From: Camelus dromedarius
Taxonomy: Eukaryota
Reading direction: 5' to 3'
DNA: 64,000 nt
Assembly (NCBI RefSeq): GCF_036321535.1
Contig: NC_087472.1
Span: 93,436,001-93,500,000 of the forward strand
Under the pieces are notes generated by a model that worked only from the letters and a program-made list of their open reading frames with translations, did not search any database and was not told the DNA's origin. This document shows, one piece after another, positions 53,421 to 64,000 of the stretch (its first letter is position 1; each line of letters begins with the position of its first letter). A program made the translations under genes and the position numbers.

Positions 53421-54799
53421 TCCTCTTTAGTCATCAGATACGTAGCTGTGCTTTGTTATACAAGACTGTTCCAACCAACTTTAAGGTGCTATATATCTAC
53501 ATGTAGCTTTAGAAATGATGTGCATATGTAAGGATCCTTTAGTAGAATTATGGTATGTTTATAGGCTAGTGAAAAAACTTGCATTAGAAAAATATGTTTG
53601 CTTTTAGAGGATTAAATTTTAAATATATACTTTGAGGCTCTGGTAGCGTTAATTATTCATTTCCTCAACATTGTTGTTTTATTTACATTATTTCACAAAA
53701 TAGAAATCTTACAGAAGCCAAGGGATTGTATGAGTAGACAGATAATTTTTAATTTAGTTTTACATATTTCCTTTGCTAAATAGGGCATGCAGTTTACTGG
53801 ACAGTGCATAAAGCAAAGCTCTCCCTATTGGTACCCAGTTGGCAAGCAATTTGATTTTAATCCTGTCTAGAGATTGCTTGTGCGTTCCTGTGCATTTCAG
53901 CTCTGATCCTCTAATGGTCATCTGTTATGCTGTGATTACATGGATGAACTGCAAAGAGATCATCTGACTAAACTGTCAAGGTACAGTATCTGTACAAAGG
54001 AAAAATACTACAATTCAGAATAAAATAGGTTGTGATTTATAATGAAGTTTGACACTTTAAAAATAATATGAATACTTCACTTAATAAATTGTGCCCATGA
54101 AAATGTTCTAAGGAATAATTATCCGTGTTGTTGACAATCTCAACAGAATGGCTAGATTTAAGATGAGTTTGGCGACAGAAATACTTTTCACTCCTATAGT
54201 TAGTAATAGTAAAGCTAGAAAGTACTGAGAGATCACATCACACCTTCTACAGGAACCTGTAGACTTGAGTTTTTTGTATCATTTTTTGTACTCTATTAAC
54301 AGAAGAATAACTGCTTATTAACAAGCTTTTCCAAAGAATTTTATATTTCTTGGCTCAAAACACCATCACTTCCTTCAGTGCTTCTGTTTACGTAATAATA
54401 ATCAAAGGTAAATATTTATAGAGACCCACTGGTTTCAATGATCGATATAAGAGGCTGAGCAAAAATCCAAGATGGGCAATAATCTCTCTCTTGGTATTTA
54501 GGACTTGCTACCCTATCCCTTTCCTAGCTTTGGAGAAGCATGAAATGCCTTTTTAACTCATCCTCCATCTAGAATGTAAACAAAGGTTGCATACTTCTAA
54601 ATATCATCTTGCCTTTGATATTCCAGTGTTTAGTTCCTGGTATAAGACCTCATGGACACAACCTAACACCTGAATTCCTCTCAGAATCTTCAGGGCCCTT
54701 AATTCCACTGTGCCTTTTATCCTTTTCTCATTATTAGCTAGCATTTACTGAGAATTTTTTAGATTAGCTAAGTTCTTTCCATTCATCATGCCACATGTA

Positions 54800-55280
54800 C
54801 TGTCTACCAGTTAGCTGATTTCTGCTTAATTGTCTTCATCTGAAAATTGGAAATGATCATAGTACCCATCTCCTGGAGTTGTTTTAGGAATTGAATAAAA
54901 TGATGTGTGTAAACTGCTTAGAAAAAAGCATGCAGCATCTAGGAAACAATAAAAAATATACAAAGTATTTCCATTCATACATTGAAAAAATATGTAATAA
55001 ACACATCTGCTGCATGCTCAAGCACTGATCCAGGGACTGGGAATTCAATTTTGAAAAAGACAGACAAGGTAAGAACTTGACATTTCAGTGAGAGATGACA
55101 AACAGTAAACAGATAAACAAGATAGATTCTAGTAACAAAATCATTTTATAAATGAAGAAATTTAATTTGAAATAAGGCATGTAATTTGCTCAAGATCACA
55201 AAGCTAAAAGGTGGTAGAACCTGGATTGGAATTTAAGATTATGGTACCTCACAGCCCAAGCTTTAAGCCTGGCATCATTC
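54800..55280. mobile_element. Cluster: MIR (+), L2 3' end (-), MIR (-)
   Basis: cttcatctgaaaattggaaatgat; cattcatacattg...gacagacaagg; gtaatttgctcaagatcacaaagcta. Confidence 0.7.
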
Positions 55281-55429
55281 CCTTGCTGTTACGCTCATTA
55301 TGATCTTTGAAACTTTTTGTCACCCCAGCCTTCATCTTCTACCCCTTCTACTCCATCCTCTGCAATCACTATATCATGTCTTTACTGAAACTTGATTCTC
55401 CTTGAAAGTGAGCAGATCAGTTAATGAAA

Positions 55430-55575
55430 ATAGTTCTCAAACTTCACTGCCTATTGGAATCACTGGGGATCTTTAATACAATAGCAATGTCTGGGTTGCC
55501 CCAGAGATTTTGATTGAATTATTCTGGATTGTGGATCAAGTAATTCCAATATGCAGCCTTACAGAACGATGACTG
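55430..55575. mobile_element. MER5-like DNA transposon
   Basis: agttctcaaactt...ttggaatcactgggg...ccccagagattttgatt. Confidence 0.75.
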
Positions 55576-56539
55576 ATAATACTCTCTGCATGTATCCAAA
55601 CATATTATCATCAGATTGCCTACCTTTTAAAACTTTAACTTCTCTCGAGACAATTTCTTGAGTTCTTTGGAAATTCCTATTATTAGGGATCACTCCTGCA
55701 TTTCCCTTGATCCAAGCGAATTTCTCTCTCTTCCAAATCAGCCCCTGTAGCTCTTTTCAAAGCCACAATATCCAAGGTACATCAGGTTACTTGATGATGG
55801 TTATCTGCCTCCCTCTAGATGGCCCTATTGGATAGTTTCTTGACCCCTTTACTTTATTCCAATCTCTTTACTACATTAAAAAAAATCCTCCTTGAATTTT
55901 CCTCCAGTGAGTATGCCATTATTCTGGCCCTGTCACTGCCAAATTTCTGAAAAGTGTCTCTCCACTTTGTCTACACTTAATCATCTGTCAGTCATCTTCA
56001 ATAGCTGCATTTCTATTCAATCTGTATCTTCATGTGTTACTAGAATGTAGAATGCACAACTCAGGGGATGTGAGCACAGTACAGTTTTGTTTTTCCTCAC
56101 CTTGCCCATTTTATTCAGTTGGATAATTTAGTGCTACCCCTGAACAGGGCTCAATACAACGTCATATTGGCTCTTTCTTATATGTAGTCCACAGGACAAT
56201 CTTGAACATTTTATGCTCCCAAAGATTATAGGCTAATCCCTACGCAGCCACCAAAATCCTGTGGTTACAGACACTTTAAGCTTTCTCAAGCAGGAATCAA
56301 GCACAGGTCCTGTATCTCAGGACTATAGACATAGACTGAATGCCCATATGGAAGTTCCCTCTACTAGACCCATGACAAAGGAGGGGAAGGTGATGAATCA
56401 CAAACCTCCAAAGAAATCTCTTCCTTCTCTATTATTTGACTCACTTTTATAAAGGAATGAGATGGAATACATTCCACATTTATAATGGAATAAATTCTCA
56501 CATTATTTCCTTCATTGCTTCACCTGGACCCACTAAGAT

Positions 56540-57215
56540 CAATCTTAACATCACTATAAGTAGTCCAGCTAGACATCATGTGCCTTATGATGTGATGTAA
56601 TGAAGTATCCTTGCTTAAAAAAATTGAATCTAAATCAAATCAGCTTCTAGATTTAATTTAGAGTTTATAGGAAATAGATGGCTTTAAGAAACAAGTTAAA
56701 TGATCCTACTAGAAAGCATGGAACTGAAAAAAAAAATGTAAGAAGCTTTATAAGACAAATGACCTAGTTTTTCCAGGAAATCAATTGCAAGGGGAAAAAG
56801 AAGTGGGAATGTGCAGCTTTTACAGAATAAAAGAGATTTAAAGGACAAAAGAGCCAAACATGATAACCAGATCTTGTTTGAAACCTAATTAAAGAGAAAC
56901 TAACTATAAAAATAGTCTTCGAGAGAATCAGAGCATCTGAATATTGTCTGGTTATTAGATAGCATTAAGATATTGTGAATTCTGATATCTATGCAAATAA
57001 CATAATAATTGTTATGTTAAAAATAAAAATATCTATATTTGTGCATTATAATGAAGTATTTATGTATAAAATGACATAATGTCTGGTATTTGTAAATTTC
57101 TACTTCTTAAAATTTTGGAAAAGACCAAAAAGTGGTCATTACTAATCCTGGGACTGGGTTTAGTATACTAGTTTCTCTAACTTTGTGTATGCCTGAAAAT
57201 TTTTTATAGTAAACT
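56540..57215 (+). mobile_element. Old L1 3' end (L1MC/ME-like)
   Basis: tgaatctaaatcaaatca...gacaaatgacctagttttt...ctggttattagat...tgacataatgtctgg. Confidence 0.7.
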
Positions 57216-57326
57216 TGTAATATTGATTTTGCCTTCTTAATTTTGGTTTTGTTGTTCTTGTTGTTACTGTTGAACTTCGCTTATTCTTTCATAGCTCAGC
57301 TATCTGTATATTTAAAACTGCCCCTA

Positions 57327-57907
57327 GATGAGTCTGCCCATTGGCCAGTTCTAATTACTCATGCAAGGGATGATCCCTAATTGGATAATCAGCATCATTT
57401 CTTCCCCAGCTCAGGTCTCACATATTTATGTGAAATTAGACCTATTTAAAGCTTCAACATTGAAGGAAGTTTTCAGGATGGGCGACTATGCAAATCACCC
57501 TACTTTTATTTTGGGGAATTAGGAAAAATTGATTATTGTTGGGATTATCCTGGCACTGTTGTTTTTAACTATTAATTGATACAGACAGGGCATAAATCAT
57601 AAGTATATACATAAAATTTTCAGTAGTGTTTAAAAATGAAATTAGCTTGATCTTTCTCTTTAGAATAGATCCCCTAAAAGGAATTAGTCATATTTGTTAT
57701 CCTAGTCCTTCAGAGATTGCTAAAGTCTATCAGATTGTGGCATCCCATTTGCCTTTTGACTGTATGTCATAGCCTTACCTCAGAAAGTTACCCTTAAATC
57801 TGGTAACTTTCTGAGGTAAGGCTATGACATACAGTAAAATGATGTAGAACATCCAATTGGGGATCATCCCCTGCATAAGTAATCAGAACTGGCGGGTAGA
57901 CTGTATC
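57327..57907. repeat. Nested inverted repeat, probably an old palindromic DNA transposon (TcMar/Tigger-like): diverged outer arms plus a perfect 34-bp inner hairpin
   Basis: Outer arms 57344-57386 and 57851-57893 are reverse complements at 39/43. Inner arms 57759-57792 and 57802-57835 match 34/34 around a 9-nt loop. The right end reads TA-CAGT on the minus strand. Confidence 0.85.
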
Positions 57908-57989
57908 CATATTCATATGTGATAACAGGATGCATTCTTGGAAAGACAGATATTGAAAGTCCAAGACCCTAATATTATAGTGATTCTTC

Positions 57990-58182
57990 TAAAGCAGTAT
58001 TTAGGAAATTTCCCTCACTGTAAGATTTACCTAGGGTGTTTGTTAAAAATGCAAGCTTTGGGCTTCTCTCCTGGGGATCCCTAAAGATTTTGATGCAGTA
58101 GGTTTTGGGTGAGCCCTTTAATGTATGCTTAACACGCTTCTCAGGTGATTCTTATAAAAACCCATGTTTGAGAAATGCTGTG
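57990..58182. mobile_element. MER5-like DNA transposon
   Basis: acctagggtgtttgttaaaaatgca...gattttgatgcagtagg...caggtgattcttat...tttgagaaatgctg. Confidence 0.75.
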
Positions 58183-58353
58183 CTAAACTAATGCATTTCA
58201 CTTTAACTAGGTTTGGAACATGCAGGCATCTTTTTATTGCCACCAGTGAGCTTTGCTCCTGGGAGATGGCTTGTGGAAAAAGCCTATTGTAAAGAAATAG
58301 CTAGAATGCTTATGTCCCTGCCTGGGTTTGCTCAGCCTAACAAACTCAGGATA

Positions 58354-58529
58354 TAGTAGTTCTCAACTCTTCCATATTACAATCACCTGGGTAGCTTATA
58401 AACTACCAGTGCAGAAGACCAAGCCCCAGAGGGTATTATTTAATTGGTATGTAATAGGACCTAGATATCTTTATTTTTTTAAAGTTTCCCATATGGTTCT
58501 AAAATGAAACCAGATTTGAGAAGTACTGA
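58354..58529. mobile_element. MER5-like DNA transposon immediately 5' of the ORC1 retrocopy
   Basis: agtagttctcaac...aatcacctggg...ccccagag...ttgagaagtactg. Confidence 0.8.
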
Positions 58530-58539
58530 GATTTAGTTA

Positions 58540-59453
58540 TGGAGATTATCATGCTGCTTGTGGATGAATTCAAACTGTGAAACTGTGGACTCAAAATAAG
58601 ATATAATATACATTTCTTTGGTACAATCACAAGAAGGCCCAGTTTGTGATTCTGGCTTTTGCCAACACAATTAATCTGCCAGAGCAAATCATTATGAACC
58701 AGTGTCTAGCCAACTGTGTCTTCCAAAGATGTCCTTTCAGTGCTATACTTAATTGCCAATTACTGCATGTTTTAGTGTCCTGACTCAAGTATTTAAAAGC
58801 CTTTGAGAATGGTGCCATCTGCTTGGTAGCCAAGAAGGTAGTAGCTCCCTCTGAGGATCCATGATGACTACCTGGACATTTATAGGCATGCCACAAAGCT
58901 CTGTGAGTTCTCCCACCAGAAGCCTAAGAAGCCTGGCCTGGTCACTGTAGCCAACTTAATGGAAGCTGTGGATGAGATATTTTCATCTTCATACATCACT
59001 GCTGTAAAAAATTCCTTGGTTATGGAGCAGGGCTTCCCTGGAGCTCTCATCACAGTGTTCTGTAGATCAGGACTGGAGGGAGCAATATTTCAACAGATAT
59101 ACAGTCAAAATATGGCTCTGTGCAGAATGGAGGGACTGCTGTATCCTACCATGTCAGAGACCATGGCTGTGTGCTTCCATTTGGGCTTCTGTCACCTCCT
59201 CCTTGTGAAGCCCAGCAGGAACAACCTACTTCTTTGTGTGCAGCTCTACATCAGCCAGGGTGATATGCTCTATAAACTGAAAGAAGAGTGAGGGTTTTTG
59301 ACAAAGAAAGACTGTGACTTGCTGTTTTTAAAATAGCTTGATTTCCTTTTATTAAGCATGTGAAATTATTGTACCAAGGTATACTGAATGGAAATGAATC
59401 TGTCATGTATTTTGAATTTTCCATTAAGTAATATACTTTTTCCAGAAAACACA
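58540..59453 (+). pseudogene. ORC1: 5'-truncated processed pseudogene (retrocopy) of origin recognition complex subunit 1: Walker B of the AAA+ domain through winged-helix C-terminus, stop codon and probable 3'UTR
   Basis: ORF 58959-59291 ([19 protein letters not shown]...[19 protein letters not shown]...LYKLKEE*) is collinear with the mammalian ORC1 C-terminus as I recall it ([19 protein letters not shown]...LYALKDE*). Upstream, with frameshifts and stops, the sequence reads MLLVDE (58551-58568, Walker B), LWT, HKKAQFVILAFANTINLPEQIIMN, LKAFENGAICLVAKKV and [15 protein letters not shown]. No introns; TGA stops at Arg (CGA) positions. The 3' boundary is uncertain. Confidence 0.93.
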
Positions 59454-59688
59454 AATAGTTACCTCTCTATGACAGTATGCACTTTTGGTGGTATCATAAT
59501 TAATCTTGAAGCCATCTCCTAAATCTGAAGTTTTAGCTCCCACAGCATCCATTTATTCACCAAAGAACTATATGTCTTTAAACATTAACCAGTATCATGA
59601 TCTTGGGAAAGTCAAGATCAGCTTTCTGGGTTTCAGTTTTAACATTTCTAAAATGGGAAAGAGGAAGGAAACTAAAAGTACTGGGATC

Positions 59689-59694
<6 letters not shown>

Positions 59695-59757
<63 letters not shown>
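59695..59757. repeat. (TA)n microsatellite at the end of a MIR fragment, followed by poly-T
   Basis: Pure TA run of about 31 units. Confidence 0.98.
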
Positions 59758-59765
<8 letters not shown>

Positions 59766-60038
59766 TTACTTTTCTCACTCTAATTCCTACAGCAAATGAT
59801 AGCAATTTTTAAGCAAATCTAAATACCTAGATTATAAACCCCAAAGAACTGGAATTAACACCCTCTTATTTTTGTTTATTCAATGTCTGTCATATTGTTT
59901 GGCACAAATATGGTAAAGCCAAGTAAACAACAAAAGCAATAACAAAATCACCTCACAATGAGACTGCCGGGATATTGGCATGGTTATGAAAAGCTTTAAA
60001 TAAACCAAAGAGTAATTTTCTAGAATAAAGATAAAAAT

Positions 60039-60124
60039 TATATATATATACAAATATATGTGTATATACACATATATACACATATACATACATACACATA
60101 CATACATATATACATACGTACATA
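60039..60124. repeat. Compound (TA)/(TACA) microsatellite
   Basis: Directly visible. Confidence 0.9.
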
Positions 60125-60299
60125 GGGGAATATAGCAAATATTTAAATTCAAGATAAAAGTGAGAAAGTAAAGAGAAATGAATTGAAAAGTGAACCTTCT
60201 ACGTTAGTCAGCCAAGTTTTGGTTTAGAAGCAGACAGAGCATGACATGGTGGAGCTAGCCTGGACTGACCTACACATTGCTGCAAATGTTCTGTTTCCT

Positions 60300-61220
60300 C
60301 ATTTTAGTGATCTACTTCCTTAGACCTGTACCTCTAATATTGGTTCCCACTTTTCACCCATTGTTTTTCTAATTCTGGATATATCTGTTAAACATTGAAA
60401 ATTAGTAATGGTCTACCCCTCACCTGCTGCTCTACATGTGAGATCCCATTCATTGTCATTGTTTCATCCTTACCATTATGCTATCCATATCTCTCCTGGA
60501 GCTACACACTAAATCCAGCTATCTGCAGGCACCTTAAATGTAGCATATATGAATTTTGCACTATTCTTTCCCCAGCCAAATTTGTTTCCTTCTAGGGTAT
60601 TTTATATCTTATTTAGTTAAACTACCTACCATTCACCTAACCATCCCAGCTAGTTATCTAAGGCTTGTCTTTAGATCTCTTTTTTTTCCTCAAACCTGAC
60701 ATCAGATTTGTTATAATAGTCTTTCAATTTTACCCTCTAAATATTTTATTAAGTTCCTTTATATTCATTCTCATAACAACTTCTGTATTTCAAGTTTTAA
60801 TTTAACCCCTCACTATTACAACTTCCTAAATCTGCTCGTTCGGTGAGTAATCAATATTCAGTGCCACCCCCACTTAAAACTGTGGAAACCCTCCCTGTAA
60901 AAAGCCACCAAAATGATCTATTTAAAAAGCAGTATTTCAAATAATTCAGCTGCTTAAAATGATTTCATGGGTCCTAGTTACTTACAGAATAGATTCCAAA
61001 ACTTCTAAAAGACTTGTACAAGGCTCTCTATGCCCTGACCCTATTTCCTATTACTGACCATTTCCTTGCCCTAAATTTCAGGCTTCAGTAACCCAGAATG
61101 GTACGTATTTCCTTTATACACTATGTAGTTTTGCTTTTCAAAAACTTTCTTATAACTCACTAATGGCCAAGTGTATCTTCTGCCCAGTCTCTAACTCACC
61201 TCTTTCCTGTCCCCATTCCC
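60300..61220 (+). mobile_element. Decayed L2 LINE
   Basis: ggcaccttaaatgtagcatat...ctaccattcacctaacc...aaaatgatctatttaaaa...gcttaaaa. Confidence 0.65.
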
Positions 61221-62745
61221 ACTGTCAATTCATTGATAAATGAAAAAAAGAAAGGAGAAAAAGGAAAGAAAAGGAAAAAGAGTAAGTTCTTTTGTAGACC
61301 ATTATTGACATCTCAGTCTCTTTTTCTTCATTTGTAATGTATCTTTTTCATTCTTGAATTCTACCATTTGGAGAAGGGTGGAAGATACTCTAACAGTGGG
61401 TTGATATTTTGCTTTTTGTCCCACAAATATCTCATCCCTCGATATGCCAGATTACATCATCCATCAAACCAGATAGTTTGATACAAGCATTATATATGGC
61501 AGTTCTTTCTCCAGTGTTAATAAGTTTTATTCAAAACACCGATTTCTAAGATTAGGACTTCCCCAACTATTACTTTTCTCTGGTCTCTTGATTGAAAAGC
61601 AGGAATGCTTTTTATGGCAGGTAGATTTGCTTCTTAAACTTATTGTCCAGCCATATTCCACTTTAACTTGCAAATTGGGCACCATGCTTGCAAAGGGAGA
61701 TTTTTCTAGTCCTCACAGCTCCACAGCCAGGTCTCTTTTTATTCAGGAGGTAATACCATGGTCCCCTGTGGCCAGGGAGAGGGAAAGTTTAACTCTCAGG
61801 GCTTCTGTTTCATGTCCCAAGCTTCCACTGTTACAAAATATGCAGTCTCACAGCTTATTTATTGCCAACTACATCCTTTATTATGCATTTTCTATCTTCA
61901 TAGACAAGTATAAATATAAATAAAACAGCAGATAAAAAGAATGTAAAATAGCATGACAGGGATAATTAAAATGGAAAAAATAAATAAGGAATTTTGAAAG
62001 TGGAAATGAGACGTAAATGTCATTTCTGTGTTTTGAAGAATCCAATTATACATTCTATTTTTATACTGGATATATTATAATATAAAATTATAAACCTGCT
62101 TTAAACCCACAAAAGTAGTACAATTTAAACATTAAGGTTGACATTCTCATTATATAGTACATTTGCTTATCTTCAAGATCGCTTCATAGATGACCAAAGA
62201 AAATGTATTCCTATCAATCATGAAAATTTCTGGTGTTCGGTCATTTCTCTGAAGATTCCATGGTCCAGTACCTACTTGAGAAATCTAAGAAATCATTTCA
62301 CTAACTGAAGAAATTATATTCTTTCTCCTTCTCTGAATTGCTGCTGAATAATTTCCTTAAACTTTTTATTTAAGCCAGCTCTCATTTATCTATATTTCAA
62401 AGGACTGTTAATACAATTCTGATAATTAAAAATCCTAAGTATCACAAGCTTTCCTACTTTAAACATTTTATAGCAATCTTTAGAAAGAAATTCATTAAGA
62501 GTGTTTATTTCCACTTTTGACTAGTCAGCAGTTCCACAGTGAAGGTAGAAGTAGCAATTTAAATTACCTCAAGATAAATAGCATAGTGGGATGTGAAAAT
62601 TCTTAAGTTAGGTAATAGTGAACTCTACCACACTTAGTGACCTTACTGAGCATCCATTTTTTGAGAACTGGAGGCAATCAGAAATTAGTACCCTCTTCTG
62701 ATTTGAAATTATATGTTTTTTACAACAGTCGAGAACTAAATCTTT

Positions 62746-62845
62746 ATATGAAAAAGAATATATATATGTATGTATAACTGAATCACTATGTTGTACACCA
62801 GAAACTAACACAACATTGTAAATCAACTGTGCTTCAAAAAAGAAA
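62746..62845 (+). mobile_element. 100-bp L1 3' terminus (cetartiodactyl type) with perfect 14-bp TSD
   Basis: tgtataactgaatcactatgttgtacaccagaaactaacacaacattgtaaatcaact plus A-tail; TSD agaactaaatcttt at 62732-62745 and 62846-62859. Confidence 0.92.
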
Positions 62846-63059
62846 AGAACTAAATCTTTTAATTCACTTCATCGCCTTGTCCCAATATTTATAAAACCCA
62901 CTCGGACTCCAGAAATCAATTTGGATCTCAACACCCTGAATGAAGTGAAGTGGTCTGCTCTTACATAAAGACTTCATCTTCCTATCATTTGCCATCTATC
63001 CATCTCTTAAGTTAAGATATGAGTATATATTCAGTACCTCCTGTATATCAAGCAATAGA

Positions 63060-63283
63060 TAGGAGACCTCAGACTTTTGCTGTAAAGGGCCAGATAGTAA
63101 ATACTTTAGGCTCTGCAAGCCATATGATCTTTGTCACAAGCAATTCAACTTTGTCCTTGTAGTATAAAATTAGCCCAAGATAACATGCAAATGAATGGGC
63201 ATGTTTTTGTTTCAATAAAGTTTTATTAACGAAATCGGGTGGTGGGCTGGATTTGTCCAATGGGAGGTAGTTTACTGAGCCCT
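63060..63283. mobile_element. MER58A-like hAT-Charlie DNA transposon
   Basis: ctgtaaagggccagatagtaaatactttaggct...aatgaatgggcatg...ggtggtgggctggatttg. Confidence 0.9.
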
Positions 63284-63714
63284 AGACAACATGAAAGACA
63301 TTTAATAGTATGTAGTAAGCAAATATAATCATAGGAATGAAAATGATAATGAGGAAAATTTTCAAGACAGGAAAAATGCAAAGCTTTTGGAAGTTGGTTA
63401 GAAGTTCTACACATTTGGATATAGGGCAAGAAAAGGAGAAAGAGAAGGGGGGGCAGAAGAGAGGTAGTTGGTTAATATAAGAATATCATGGTTTCCCGCA
63501 GTATTTAAAATCAACATGTTATATACTTTATTAAGAACAAAATATTAAGCATTCATTTTTGTTTTAGAAAAATTAACCCTAACATATAATACAGTATGCT
63601 ATATAACAGAAATAATATTCACCAAAAAGTAGGACTTTTCAGGAATAAACTCTCTCTCTTTATATGTATCTTTTATATTATATATGTAATTGGAAAAGTT
63701 ATTCATCATCCAGA

Positions 63715-63858
63715 ATAGTTTAAAAATAGTAATTATGTGAGGTGAACTTTATTGTGGTAGCCAGTTTACAATATATAAATGTATCAAATCATCACATTGT
63801 ATACCTTAAACTTATGCAATGTTTGTGTCAGTTATATCTCAGTAAAGCTGGGGAAATA
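63715..63858 (+). mobile_element. L1M 3' terminus
   Basis: gtatcaaatcatcacattgtataccttaaacttat...tatatctcagtaaagctgggg. Confidence 0.85.
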
Positions 63859-64000
63859 TTTTATGTATGAGAAATTGTTTGTTCTTAAATCACTTTTCAT
63901 ACAAGGCAATTCAGGAATAATTTTAGGTAAAAAGCCTCTGACTGTATATCAGAAAATTAAATAATAAAATTTAATTTGAAATGCTTTTTTGAAAATATTC

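Noticed and set aside
57812..57835. let-7 family miRNA gene
   Set aside because: Only the first 7 nt match, the rest diverges, it sits on the 3' arm, and the perfect stem is unlike let-7 precursors.
58959..59291. Calling the ORC1-like ORF the functional ORC1 gene
   Set aside because: It is intronless, upstream homology has multiple stops and frameshifts, and the BAH and Walker A regions are absent.
59506..60152. ORFs with YIYIYI/VYMY repeats (also 19456-19710)
   Set aside because: Artefacts of TA and TACA microsatellites.
1..64000. Strand bias of L1/LTR elements as evidence of a host-gene intron
   Set aside because: L1s occur on both strands and the LTR skew (about 8 of 12 on minus) is too weak to call a host gene or its direction.

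Overview
AT-rich, CpG-poor placental-mammal DNA that looks intergenic or deep-intronic. I found no convincing intact protein-coding gene, RNA gene or CpG-island promoter. Much of the window is decayed interspersed repeats: MIR, L2, several ages of L1, MaLR/ERVL/ERV1-like solo LTRs and MER DNA transposons. The youngest L1 3' ends resemble cetartiodactyl L1s (one looks camelid-type), and no Alu, B1/B2, Bov-tA, PRE-1 or CanSINE copies were recognised; the species assignment is inference. The one clear gene-derived segment is a 5'-truncated, intronless ORC1 retrocopy (~58540-59450, +). Its AAA+ part is disrupted, while the C-terminal ~140 codons covering the winged-helix region remain open. The most unusual structure is a nested inverted repeat at 57327-57907: a perfect 34-bp-arm hairpin next to one arm of a diverged outer inverted repeat. 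Also notable are an L1 with two large internal deletions, two short tandem duplications and three TSD-flanked L1 insertions. Repeat family names come from recalled consensus motifs rather than a search, and boundaries are approximate. I do not see evidence for a new multi-gene system.
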